Below, one piece after another: positions 20,636 to 31,193 of a stretch of DNA of 64,000 bases. The translations under genes and the position numbers were made by a program. This DNA is from Nitrosopumilus sp. (GTDB lineage: Archaea; Thermoproteota; Nitrososphaeria; Nitrososphaerales; Nitrosopumilaceae): the NCBI GenBank assembly GCA_965205675.1, contig OZ242186.1, positions 1,947,362-2,011,361 on the forward strand, in the 5' to 3' direction. How positions within the stretch are numbered: position 1 is the first letter of the stretch; every line of letters starts with the position of its first letter. The notes beneath the pieces were generated by a model. That model was not told the DNA's origin, did no database searches, and saw only the letters and a list, made by a program, of their open reading frames with translations.

Positions 20636-23491
20636 TTAGGTGCCTACCTCAATTGAGACATAATGCATCTCAGAAAGTCCATCTTTTTCAAATATAGTTC
20701 CAATGTTAAGATCAGCATCCTCTTGCCACATGAATACTCTGTCGCTACGTGGTTTTACAAAGTCATCTATGAATTGAGATAAGAACTCTTCAGCATCATT
20801 CTGATCATTTTTAGTAAAGAAGAAAAGTTCTCCTTCATTAAATGACAGTGGAATCTGAATTGATGTAGGTTCAGATATAGAAATGTCGTTTGTTTCAAAT
20901 ATTGACTTTATAATTTCAATTCTCTTAATTCTGTCTAATTCAACATAATCATCATCAGCAATAGTGGCAGTGGATGCTACACCGGAAACTTTCTTCAAAT
21001 ATGCTTCAAATGCTTCTTCTTGAGTTTCACCTAAACCAACAAAATATTCGCCATTAAATGCAGCACCTACTGCTGCAATTGTTCCTAGTTGTGCAACTAC
21101 TCCACCAGCTCCTGCAGTGTATACAGGAATAAAGTAAACATCATGATCTCCGACACGATATAGAATGTTATCACCAATTCTTGGATTTCTCAATAATGTC
21201 TTTAATTGAGCAAATTCTGGATCTCTATCAAGCGCTTCTCTTACCGCAGTAGGTCCAATTAATTTAGTCGTAGAATTTAATGGAACTTCATAGAATTGTA
21301 AATCTCCTAAATTATCTAAATCATTTTCCACTACCATATATCCAGCAAGATTTCTACCTTCAGAACCTCTTAATTCTAATGATAATAATCCTAAGAATTC
21401 TGTTTGTTCAAATCCGGGTGGTTTTGCTTCAACATAATAGGTATCAAGATTACGAGGAATTTCATAAAATTCGTTAGCTTGGATAAATGTCTCAACATTT
21501 GTTACGTGATAGATATTATACATCTCTGTTTTCCAATTAAATAATTCAACAGGATATCGCATCTGTTCTTCTAACCAAAGAGGTATTGGTACAAACTGAT
21601 CAGCGTATTGACTTGTAAGCATATCAGTAAAGAAGTCATTCCCAGTTTTTAGTAATTGAATATCACCGTTGTAAGAATCAACGAGTGCATATCCTACTAA
21701 ACGCAAGTATGGATTACCAACAGACCAAGGAACATCACCTGTGTCAAATCCAATAATTAATGGAATTAGCCAATAAGAATTTTCTCCATCAGTAACAGGG
21801 AATAAATCTAATTCTTTTCCAAACAAATCATATAGGAAATAAGGATACAGTGTTTGCATTCTATCATGTACGTCTTTGTATCTCATTATATGGACTGATT
21901 CACTTGGAAATGAGAGTAAGAAGTTTGGTTCAAATATCCAACTTAATGGTGGTGGAACATCTAGCCCTCCCAAACCAGCATAAGATACCCCTCCAAGTTC
22001 TGCACTAGGACCATCTCTTGAAGTTGGATATCCAGACCAAGTTTTGTTAAATAATCCTCCCTCACCATAATAAATTTCTCTTTGTTTGAAAAACTCACTA
22101 CTGTCAACTATTTGTCCATCTGTTGCTTCTAAAGTAAGAAATCCATTAGGAACATGTGTATAAACAAGATGTTCATTATACCATTCATTACTAGTACTAA
22201 CAGATGAAGGTAAAATGGGTTCCATTGAGGCAGTCCAATACAGAGTATTATTGAAACGAAGAATATCATTATCTTTAAAATTTACATAAGGAATAAGTCC
22301 TATTTCAGGCCTGAGTTTTGCATCAGCTGCATCCCAATCCCAGACTCGAATTACATCAAGAACATCACTATGTTTGGTTACATAATTGTTAATATTATTT
22401 GGAGAAACAGATGTCAATTGAACATCATGAATAGTTTCTTGAATATTATTTAATTCTCCAAGATAACGATTCACGCCAATCTGTTGGGCAGTGTATGGAC
22501 CTAAAAATTCAATCTTCTTTGCATCTGCAATACTATTGTTAACTAATACAACACCAATTACAATAATTGCAATTGCAATGATTGTCAAAAACCTGACATA
22601 AACATCTCTCTTAAACATATGAGTTAACACACGAGCTCTAATTCTGTCAACTATTGAAAATCCAATTAATGCAAATCCAATGACAAGTATACCACCAATG
22701 ACATATCTTGTATTATAATCAATTTGATCAGTAAAGAATAGATTTATTCCTACCCAGATGACACCAATTCCTAAAATTCCTTCAATAGTTGAAACATAAT
22801 TTAAATATCTAGGTTTACCTTCATTGGAATCTTGTAGAAAAGATGTGATAACATTAATCATTCTATGAATTCCAACATATAAAACTAAACGAAGTCCAAT
22901 AGCTGCAAGTAATGGAGGGAGCAATATTACTAAAGCAGGAATCATTGGAACGACATTTACTGCTGCATAGTTTGGATTGGTATCTGGAGTTACAAAAGGC
23001 AAAGTAAACAATGAAGGTAAATTCTCTATTCCTAAGGTATTCCCATCAAGAAACGACGTTGCTGCAAATCCAAACATGATATTGGCAAAAAAAGCTCCGA
23101 AAAGCAAGATCTTGGTAATTTGCCAGATTGCAAATTGTATGGATGATAATTTGTAATCTCTAAAATTTATCAGAGTGTTTGAAATTGGTTGTTGACCGCC
23201 ATTTCCTAGAAATCTAATTCCGGTACTAATAGCATACCAAAAAATTGAAGATCTGCCGATAACATTTATTCGAACAAGAGCAATAGCTGACAAAATCACA
23301 GTAGAAACAAGTGTGTAATAGAGAGGTTTGGTAAACTGTTCACCAAACTCAGTGAAATTCATTGATAAAACGACTGCTTGATTTGCCACTAGAGTGAAAA
23401 TCATTATTCCAAGAAGTGCAACAATGCCTAATTTGATATATTTTCCAGTATTAGGAGGCGGAGCTTGTTTATCAGTAGAAGCGCTATACAA
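20636..23491 (-). CDS. UPF0182 family membrane protein
   Basis: TM N-terminal half, IRVWD, W.NEHLVYTH, IYYGE, ~950 aa. Confidence 0.75.
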   Translation of the reverse strand: MYSASTDKQAPPPNTGKYIKLGIVALLGIMIFTLVANQAVVLSMNFTEFGEQFTKPLYYTLVSTVILSAIALVRINVIGRSSIFWYAISTGIRFLGNGGQQPISNTLINFRDYKLSSIQFAIWQITKILLFGAFFANIMFGFAATSFLDGNTLGIENLPSLFTLPFVTPDTNPNYAAVNVVPMIPALVILLPPLLAAIGLRLVLYVGIHRMINVITSFLQDSNEGKPRYLNYVSTIEGILGIGVIWVGINLFFTDQIDYNTRYVIGGILVIGFALIGFSIVDRIRARVLTHMFKRDVYVRFLTIIAIAIIVIGVVLVNNSIADAKKIEFLGPYTAQQIGVNRYLGELNNIQETIHDVQLTSVSPNNINNYVTKHSDVLDVIRVWDWDAADAKLRPEIGLIPYVNFKDNDILRFNNTLYWTASMEPILPSSVSTSNEWYNEHLVYTHVPNGFLTLEATDGQIVDSSEFFKQREIYYGEGGLFNKTWSGYPTSRDGPSAELGGVSYAGLGGLDVPPPLSWIFEPNFLLSFPSESVHIMRYKDVHDRMQTLYPYFLYDLFGKELDLFPVTDGENSYWLIPLIIGFDTGDVPWSVGNPYLRLVGYALVDSYNGDIQLLKTGNDFFTDMLTSQYADQFVPIPLWLEEQMRYPVELFNWKTEMYNIYHVTNVETFIQANEFYEIPRNLDTYYVEAKPPGFEQTEFLGLLSLELRGSEGRNLAGYMVVENDLDNLGDLQFYEVPLNSTTKLIGPTAVREALDRDPEFAQLKTLLRNPRIGDNILYRVGDHDVYFIPVYTAGAGGVVAQLGTIAAVGAAFNGEYFVGLGETQEEAFEAYLKKVSGVASTATIADDDYVELDRIKRIEIIKSIFETNDISISEPTSIQIPLSFNEGELFFFTKNDQNDAEEFLSQFIDDFVKPRSDRVFMWQEDADLNIGTIFEKDGLSEMHYVSIEVGT

Positions 23492-23538
23492 AACTGAATT
23501 TTCTTTGGATTCGGTAAATTAATGTCTTACCTGTAAAA

Positions 23539-24663
23539 TTAAGCAATTCCAGCTAGTTTTTTGCAGATCATATAGACGGCGGCAAATGTTGGAACTGTTA
23601 CTTTTTCATTTGAATATGGACCAAATTTTTTATTTTTTAGCTTAAATTCTATAGGACAATTTGCAAAAACTTCTACAGTGTCATCACTAAGAAACGATGC
23701 TTGAACATATGGATCAAATTTTGTTAAATTATCACAGCGAGTTTTTGTAAGACCACTTTTACTGTTAATTGAACCAGGTAATCTAAAAATTCTATGGATA
23801 TCCATAGTAACATTAGGATCAATTTTTACTCCAATATTTTCTGAGACATCATCTAAAGTTTTTTGAAAAGAAGAATAGCCATTTGCAAGTAATTTTGCAA
23901 TTATTTGTGATCGTTTTGATTTTGAACCAAAAACTTGTTTTGAAAATCTACCTCTCCATCCTTTTTCATCAAAATCAGGAAATGAATTTTTGTTAGGTTT
24001 GTATTTCTTCATTCCAAATGTTTCAGGAATGATTCCTCGTAAGGATATGTAATCGGTTAGTTCTGATCTTTCTCTAGAACCAATTTTTTGAAATTGAGAA
24101 TTATATACATAAACATGAAAACCTTCATTGCCAGAAAAATATATTTCAATATTCTCTTTATTAATCCCAAGATCATTAACTAAAACTTCAGATAATTTTT
24201 CTACTTCAATTTTTGAAGCATTAATACAATTTTTGCAGGATAAGGATTTCTTTTCTAACTTGAATGAATTACATTTTGAACATTGGGTTAAAGTTTTTGA
24301 AATTTCATTGCAATCATTACAAATTGATACTGTATGATTTTCTCTGCAAGACAAATTAAGATCTTTTGCATCAATATCAAAAATCAGATCTGCTTCCTTC
24401 CAATCTTTTTCTTTCATGGGTAAATTAGGAAATGTATAGTATGCATTTGAACAATAAACATCTGATGGGATATTTTGTATTAGCATGAGATGCAATTCTT
24501 TATCTTTTTGTATTGCTATATGACGAGTCATTCCACTAAAATTAAATTTTTGGTAGCCAAATTCTCTTTCAGAAGATCTTTTTGGGATTTCAATTAGATC
24601 AAAGTGATCAAAATAATGCTTTTTAAATGAATTTTCTAGAAATTGTATATCAGAGTCTTGCAT
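23539..24663 (-). CDS. priS: DNA primase small subunit
   Basis: REFG, DLIFDID, FSGNEGFH, IDPNVTMD..RIFRLPGS. Confidence 0.93.
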   Translation of the reverse strand: MQDSDIQFLENSFKKHYFDHFDLIEIPKRSSEREFGYQKFNFSGMTRHIAIQKDKELHLMLIQNIPSDVYCSNAYYTFPNLPMKEKDWKEADLIFDIDAKDLNLSCRENHTVSICNDCNEISKTLTQCSKCNSFKLEKKSLSCKNCINASKIEVEKLSEVLVNDLGINKENIEIYFSGNEGFHVYVYNSQFQKIGSRERSELTDYISLRGIIPETFGMKKYKPNKNSFPDFDEKGWRGRFSKQVFGSKSKRSQIIAKLLANGYSSFQKTLDDVSENIGVKIDPNVTMDIHRIFRLPGSINSKSGLTKTRCDNLTKFDPYVQASFLSDDTVEVFANCPIEFKLKNKKFGPYSNEKVTVPTFAAVYMICKKLAGIA

Positions 24664-25754
24664 TATTTTTTCTTCCTTCCAAATTGTAAGGGATTGATGA
24701 TATTATCACATTCAGATGTAGCAAAACATAGATCTTGAGTTTTTAATTTATCACAAGATGGACATGAATATTGTGTTCCACTTCCAGAAGATCCTGCCAA
24801 ATGATTTAGTTGGTAAAGTGTAACTTGTTCATTATAATCAGGCGCATTTTTGAACAAAGGTGCAATTTGTTGAACTGTTTGTCCTTTTGATAAAAGAAAA
24901 GTTGCAAGCATAAATCGTCCAGAATGAGGAAGATTTTCGCCTTTCTCAAGTACTTCACTAGCATGTTTAATGCATGGAGGATACTCTCCAGTATCTACAG
25001 TAAAAGTTACAAATTTTTTTGCTAATGAAATAAGTTTATTAACTGAATCTTCAAATCCAGGAGTCATTTCTGGAGTTTTTGCTTTACTAATTTTTAAATC
25101 AATATACTTTCCTAATTCTTTTCTTATTAATCTAATTGTTTGGTGTGAAGATAAATACACTTTTCCATTTTCAACTTTTCTATTAACTAATTTCCATTCA
25201 CGTTCATGGAATTGAATAGAACGTTTAAGATAATCTGAAACAGTAACTAACCATTCGTCTTGACCTGAAGTATAATTTTCTTCTTCTTTTTCTTCAGGTT
25301 TAGAAATTTCAACGTTAGAAATTTCTTTGATTATTTGTGCAGCTACGTCTCTCTGAGATTTTTGTTCATCAGTAAGAAGTACAGATCCACTAGGATTATT
25401 AGATATTTTTAGAGTATCTTCTAATAGTTTTTCTGCACGTCTTGATTCTTGCATTGCAAATCTTTTGATTAGAGTATGCGTGCTACTAAGCTTCAATAAA
25501 ACAACAGCCAACAAAAATGAAAAAACTTCTCTAGGTAAGGCAGCCTCTTTTGAAACATGATCCCCATCTAGATCAGATTTGTAGATTTTACCATCTACTG
25601 CAACTCGAATTCTCTCATATGCCTTCTCAATTAGTTGTTTAAAGTCAGGATCTGAACCAAATTGTTCAAGAGAAAATCCCTGATCTTTGAGATATTGACC
25701 AGCATCTGCCAAAAATGGATATTTTGCAATTTCATCCTGTCCTAATGCAAGCAT
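24663..25754 (-). CDS. priL: DNA primase large subunit
   Basis: YPPCI, HSGRF, PDYNE, YQL.H, PSC. Confidence 0.9.
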   Translation of the reverse strand: MLALGQDEIAKYPFLADAGQYLKDQGFSLEQFGSDPDFKQLIEKAYERIRVAVDGKIYKSDLDGDHVSKEAALPREVFSFLLAVVLLKLSSTHTLIKRFAMQESRRAEKLLEDTLKISNNPSGSVLLTDEQKSQRDVAAQIIKEISNVEISKPEEKEEENYTSGQDEWLVTVSDYLKRSIQFHEREWKLVNRKVENGKVYLSSHQTIRLIRKELGKYIDLKISKAKTPEMTPGFEDSVNKLISLAKKFVTFTVDTGEYPPCIKHASEVLEKGENLPHSGRFMLATFLLSKGQTVQQIAPLFKNAPDYNEQVTLYQLNHLAGSSGSGTQYSCPSCDKLKTQDLCFATSECDNIINPLQFGRKKK

Positions 25755-25839
25755 GAAAGTGATTTATCTAGTTTACTTAAAAATCTGATTTTTTAAATTT
25801 GGATGCTAATTTAAATTATGTTTAAGGAAAATATAATAT

Positions 25840-26679
25840 ATGCAAGTTGGATGTCATGTTTCAATATCTGGATCAATTGACAAATCAGTAGATAATGCAG
25901 TTGAGAGAGAATGCTCAGCATTTCAAATATTTACAAGAAATCCAAGAGGTTGGCATGCAAAAGCACTAACCAAAGAGGATATTGATAATTTCAAATCAAA
26001 GCTAAAAACAAGTAAGATTGACAGATTTGCAACATGTGCGCACATGCCATATTTACCAAATCTGGCAACACCCAAAGATGATGGATTTGAAAAATCTGTT
26101 AAAACTTTGATAGATGAAAGTAAAAGATGTGCGCAATTAGGAATTCCATATTTAGTGACACATCTAGGCAGTCATTTAGGAACAGGAGAAGAAGCTGGAA
26201 TCAAAAGACTGGTAGAGGGATTGACAAAAGCTGGAAAAACAAAAAATGACGTAATGATTTTATTAGAAAATACAGCAGGACAGAAAAATTCTGTAGGCTC
26301 TGATTTTCAACAATTGGGTGAAATTTTTAGACAGCTGAAACCTGCAAAAAAATTTGGTGTTTGTTTAGATACATGTCATGCATTTGTTGCAGGTTATGAT
26401 TTAAGAACTGAGACAGCAGTAAAGAAAATGTTTACAGAATTTGATAAACATGTGGGGATAGATAATTTGAAAATTCTTCATCTTAATGATGCTAAAGGAG
26501 AAATGGGTTGTAATCTTGATAGACATTATCATTTAGGATTAGGTGGAATTGGAGAAAATGGAATTTCATCAGTTGTAAAGTTTGCAAATAAGAAAAAAAT
26601 TCCCATAGTTTTAGAAACACCTATTGATGATGATAGAGACGATTTTGAAAACGTTAAAGTAGCAAAAGGATTTGTGTAG
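25840..26679 (+). CDS. nfo: Endonuclease IV
   Basis: GCHVSI, LENTAG, DTCH, HLND, DRH, LETP. Confidence 0.93.
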   Translation: MQVGCHVSISGSIDKSVDNAVERECSAFQIFTRNPRGWHAKALTKEDIDNFKSKLKTSKIDRFATCAHMPYLPNLATPKDDGFEKSVKTLIDESKRCAQLGIPYLVTHLGSHLGTGEEAGIKRLVEGLTKAGKTKNDVMILLENTAGQKNSVGSDFQQLGEIFRQLKPAKKFGVCLDTCHAFVAGYDLRTETAVKKMFTEFDKHVGIDNLKILHLNDAKGEMGCNLDRHYHLGLGGIGENGISSVVKFANKKKIPIVLETPIDDDRDDFENVKVAKGFV

Positions 26680-26698
26680 AAATTTATTTCATGGATGA

Positions 26699-28168
26699 GT
26701 GAATAAAATAATGAATTATGAAGCAGTTATGAAATTAGCACTTGAACGTGGATTTTATTTTCCTAGCTGTGAAGTTTATGCTGATGCTCAGGCTGGATTT
26801 TGGGAATACGGTCCATCTGGAGTTAGTCTGAAAAATAAATTTCTCGAATTGTGGCGAAGGGAGCTAATTAGAAGAGATGGCATGTTAGAAATTGACGGTT
26901 CCCAGATAATGTCAAAATCAGTTTTTGAAGCATCTGGTCATTTAGGAAATTTTGCAGATCCAATAATAAAATGTACAAAATGTAATGCTACTTTTAGAGC
27001 AGACAGAACAATAGCAGAAATTACACAAATTGAAATTCCTGAAAGCGCAGATTTGGAAGAATTTGATAATGTAATATCACAAAATAACATAAAGTGTCCA
27101 AAGTGTAAAGGTAGTTTTGATAAAACAAAAAAATTTAACATGATGTTCAAAGTTGGTATTGGTCCTGAAGAAGAGGAAGCATATCTACGACCTGAAACAT
27201 GTCAATCGATTTTTGTAGATTTTCCTAGACTATACAAAACAATGAGAGGAAAGCTACCTCTAGGAATAGCTCAAGTTGGAAAGAGTTTTAGAAATGAAAT
27301 AGCACCCAGACAAAGTTTACTTCGTTTAAGAGAATTTTATCAAGCAGAAATTGAGATATTCTGTAATCCAAACAAACTATCAGATATGGAAAAATTCTCA
27401 GAGATTGAAAATGTCACCATAAGAGTTCAAACAGATACAGAACCTGTTATTATGACATCTAAAGAAGCAGTAGAATCAGGAGTTGTTCCAAATAAATTTG
27501 TGGCATATTATTTAGGAATGTTAACTGAATTTTATGAAAAAACAGGAATAGATATTGCAAAAAGTAGATTTAGGAAATTGGGAGATAAAGAAAAAGCATT
27601 TTATGCTGAAGTGGCCTTTGATTTTGAAGTTGAAACTACCATGGGATGGCTTGAATTAGTTGCATGTAATTACAGATCTGACTATGATTTAACCAGTCAC
27701 GCAAAAAAAAGCAAGCAGAAATTTGAGATTATGGATGAGGATGAAAAAGTTTTACCCCATGTATTTGAGATTTCAATGGGGATTGATAGAAGTTTGTATA
27801 CAATTTTAGAGCACAGTTTGAAAGACGACAAAAAACATGAAAGAATGGTTTTATCACTAAAACCATATCTTGCACCAACACACGTAGGTATGTTATCTCT
27901 AGTCAAAAAAGACGGTTTGAAAGAGAAAACTGATGAGATTTTTCTACAAATCAAAAGAAAATGTGATGCATTTTTAGACCATTCAGGAGCTATAGGTAGA
28001 CGGTATAGAAGACTAGATGAGATTGGAGCACCATTTGCAGTAACTGTTGATCACCAAACATTAGAAGATGAAACTGTAACAATTAGAAAAAGAGATTCTA
28101 TGGAACAAAGCAGAATAAAAATTTCTGAACTTGATTCTATAATATCTGAATCAATCTCATTTCCTTAG
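26699..28168 (+). CDS. glyS: Glycyl-tRNA synthetase (alpha2 type)
   Basis: YLRPET, FRNEI.PR, REF.QAE, IGRRYRR.DEIG. Confidence 0.95.
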   Translation: MNKIMNYEAVMKLALERGFYFPSCEVYADAQAGFWEYGPSGVSLKNKFLELWRRELIRRDGMLEIDGSQIMSKSVFEASGHLGNFADPIIKCTKCNATFRADRTIAEITQIEIPESADLEEFDNVISQNNIKCPKCKGSFDKTKKFNMMFKVGIGPEEEEAYLRPETCQSIFVDFPRLYKTMRGKLPLGIAQVGKSFRNEIAPRQSLLRLREFYQAEIEIFCNPNKLSDMEKFSEIENVTIRVQTDTEPVIMTSKEAVESGVVPNKFVAYYLGMLTEFYEKTGIDIAKSRFRKLGDKEKAFYAEVAFDFEVETTMGWLELVACNYRSDYDLTSHAKKSKQKFEIMDEDEKVLPHVFEISMGIDRSLYTILEHSLKDDKKHERMVLSLKPYLAPTHVGMLSLVKKDGLKEKTDEIFLQIKRKCDAFLDHSGAIGRRYRRLDEIGAPFAVTVDHQTLEDETVTIRKRDSMEQSRIKISELDSIISESISFP

Positions 28169-28268
28169 TTTTAAAAAATAAAAAACTTGATTAAAAAAGT
28201 ATTTTTGTTTAGAAAAATAAAAATTATCGTAACAGTTTTTTTATTCAATTCTAAGTGTAATGATTTGT

Positions 28269-29033
28269 TCATTCAATTGTAAGTTTAGAAACTGTATTTT
28301 TAATATTAATATGACCAAGTTTATTTTTAAATGATGTAATATTACCAGAAGTAAAAATTTGTAAATAATTTCTTTGTTTATTAGCATCAAAATATTTTTG
28401 CTTTAGTTTTTTAGCTAATAATTCACTAGGATCAAGAAAAGTTATGTTTGGAAATATATTTCCAAATAATTCTAAAAGAAATGGTAAATGAGTACTAGAT
28501 AATGTTACTACATCTACATTGTTTATGCTAAGTTTAGATTCAAGTGTTTTTTTGATTATATATGTACAAAGTTGAGGATTTGAATAGAAATTACCATGTT
28601 CGACTAATTCTACCAATTTTGATGCATTAATTTTGATAATTTTAATATTATTTGTGTTAAATTTTTGTATATATTCATCAAGTAATTTACTTTTAACAAT
28701 AGATTCTGTTGCTAATACTGCAATAGATTTCGTTTTTGTGATTTTTATTGCTTCATTAAACGGTGGTAATACTCTTAGAATGTTTTTAGAATGTAAATCT
28801 AATGTAAGAGATAATGTGTTTGAGCCAACTATAATTAATTCAGATTTGAATAAAGTTTGAAGAGTTGAGATTGTTTTTAGTGTAATGGTTTTAATTTCTT
28901 TAATAGATTTTTTTCCATATGGGAAATTTTTGGAATCAGCAAAGTAAATTATACTGCATTTGAATTGTTTTTGAATTGATTTAATTACTGACAGTGAGCC
29001 TAATCCTGAATCAAAAACAACAATTCTTACCAT
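28269..29033 (-). CDS. Glutamate racemase-like protein with both catalytic Cys positions read as Ser
   Basis: FDSGLG, YFAD..NFPYGKK, VLAT; GSNT and SSTH where ACNT and GCTH are expected. Confidence 0.75.
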   Translation of the reverse strand: MVRIVVFDSGLGSLSVIKSIQKQFKCSIIYFADSKNFPYGKKSIKEIKTITLKTISTLQTLFKSELIIVGSNTLSLTLDLHSKNILRVLPPFNEAIKITKTKSIAVLATESIVKSKLLDEYIQKFNTNNIKIIKINASKLVELVEHGNFYSNPQLCTYIIKKTLESKLSINNVDVVTLSSTHLPFLLELFGNIFPNITFLDPSELLAKKLKQKYFDANKQRNYLQIFTSGNITSFKNKLGHINIKNTVSKLTIE

Positions 29034-29140
29034 AAGATATTGTTTTATTGAATTAGATTTAGATTTTGTTAGCTAAATTTACTCTAAAGTTGATCTAAAT
29101 ACACACCGTTGATTAAGACTAAATTTCTAAACTAGCAACC

Positions 29141-29791
29141 ATGCCAAACTTCGATAAAACTTGGGCTCGACAAGAGACTCAAAGTGTAACTGGCAAACTA
29201 CGTGAAGCAGTAAAGCCTCAAGGTGCATTAAAACCACGAATTCAAACTGCAGTAAATAAACTACAAGTCCAAATATCAAAAATGGATTCTATGTTAGGTA
29301 AACTGCATGAAAGAGATGCACAACTCTTTCAACGAGTCGTAACCGCAATGCAACAACATGATACTAGCACAAGTAGAGTTTTGTCTAACGAATTAGCTGA
29401 AATTCGTAAAGTTACAAAAATGCTCGGCAATGCAAGAATGTCATTAGAACAAGTCCAACTAAGACTGACAACTATTCATGATCTTGGTGATGCTATGGTA
29501 GCAATTGGACCAGCAATGTCTACAATGAAGGGATTAAAGTCATCGCTAGGAAGATTCATGCCAGAAGCTGATTCAGAATTGAATACTATGACTCAGACAC
29601 TTAATGGATTGATGATGGATTCACTTGCAGGAGATTCATTTAGCATAGAATCTGATGTTTCAAGTGAAGAAACCGAAAAAATTCTTCAAGAAGCATCCGC
29701 AGTCGCTGAGCAACAGGTAGGAGACAAATTCCCGTCTGTACCATCTTCAACAGGACTTTCGTCTCAAAGCTCTACATCTACATTTGAATAG
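29141..29791 (+). CDS. cdvB: CdvB/ESCRT-III (Snf7) paralogue
   Basis: Coiled-coil, ELAEIRK, LEQVQLRL.TI..LGD, EKILQEA. Confidence 0.85.
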   Translation: MPNFDKTWARQETQSVTGKLREAVKPQGALKPRIQTAVNKLQVQISKMDSMLGKLHERDAQLFQRVVTAMQQHDTSTSRVLSNELAEIRKVTKMLGNARMSLEQVQLRLTTIHDLGDAMVAIGPAMSTMKGLKSSLGRFMPEADSELNTMTQTLNGLMMDSLAGDSFSIESDVSSEETEKILQEASAVAEQQVGDKFPSVPSSTGLSSQSSTSTFE

Positions 29792-29984
29792 AGCAAAAAA
29801 GACGAAATGTTCATTATTTTTATTTTTCATAGTTCTTTCAAAGTATGTAGTAATATGATAGATCTTCATAGAATTTTACTTTGAGAAAACAATTTAGTAT
29901 TTTTCCAGTATCGATTTCATAAAATTTCCAATCATTGTAACTACGATCATTTCATATGGGTCAATATTGTCAAATTACCAATTA

Positions 29985-31129
29985 TAGTTTAGGCATACAA
30001 ATTTTGAACGAATTATCAATTATTTTAACTCAAAAGATCTAGATCACATATTACACTTACAGAATCATGTCAAAACAAACTAAAGCATTAATGGTATCTT
30101 CAGGAAGCCATTTCATGAAAGGAACAAGCATTAATTTTTTAAGAAAAACATGCAAGAATGAAAAAAATGCAAAAGCAAAGATAAGATTAAAGGCTGCAAT
30201 ACTAAGAAAACAAGATATTCCATATTCTGTGATATGTGCCAGTTTGGATGTCATACCATCAACTCTGTCCTACTGGCTAAATCGAATGGATAAAGAAGGA
30301 ATAACGGCATCACGCCGTAAGAAATATTCTGGTTCTAGATGTTTCTTAAATAAAAAACAACTAGTGTCATTAAGAGATGATCTAATTTCAGGTCCAGAAA
30401 AATTTGGATTTAACCAATTCATGTGGAGTACAAGAATGGTAATTACACATGTGAATAAAAAATACAATACGCTATACTCTGCAAGAGGAATGCGTGAATT
30501 GCTGCACAGAATCGGATTCTCATCTAAAAAACCAAGACAGACTCATCACAAATCAGCCTCAAAAGAGGAGCAAAATCGTTTTAAAAAAACGCAAAAAGGA
30601 CAGTTAACAGATATTCCAAATTGGGATACACCACACTATGTCTGGACGAGTCAACAAGTAAAGTAGCACCCAACATAAAGCGCGGATGGTATCTTGCAGA
30701 GAATAACATTACCACATCAATTAATTATACACGAGAAAAATTTCAATCCTTTGGTGAACTGGGGAATAACGGCATATTTTTCTGCAGGTTCTATGATAAG
30801 GCAAATACGATATCATTTCTTGATTTTTTAAAATCCCTACAAAAACAATTTGGTAAGAAACTGTTACTGTTTGCAGATAATGCATCATGCCGCAAAGTGT
30901 CAGAGTAAAAGAATTTCTCAAAGCATCAAAAAGTAAAGTGATAATTAGATATTTTCCTGCATACATTCCAGAATTAAACCCAATTGAGATACAGTGGAGA
31001 GAAGAGAAAAAGGAAACTGCAAACCAATTCTTCGTCAATGGCTCTGAAATGAGAAAACATATGCAGAAGAGACTAGATAATGGAGTGGTTTGAGTTGCTA
31101 AAGTGTTCAGATATTTAATGCCTTAACTA
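29985..31129 (+). mobile_element. IS630-family element; transposase split in three pieces (30067-31093), probably inactive
   Basis: Imperfect ~26-bp TIRs (atagtttaggcat.../...atgccttaactat), TA at both ends, HTH + DES/DNAS/PELNPIE, slippery TTTAAAAAAAC near 30580, second shift near 30890. Confidence 0.85.
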
Positions 31130-31193
31130 TTGCAGTAAAACTATTGATATTACAATAATAATTGTAGGAATACCAATTAAAACATTTTAGAAT

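Noticed and set aside
30579-30590. Slippery TTTAAAAAAAC frameshift
   Set aside because: Usual feature of IS630 transposases
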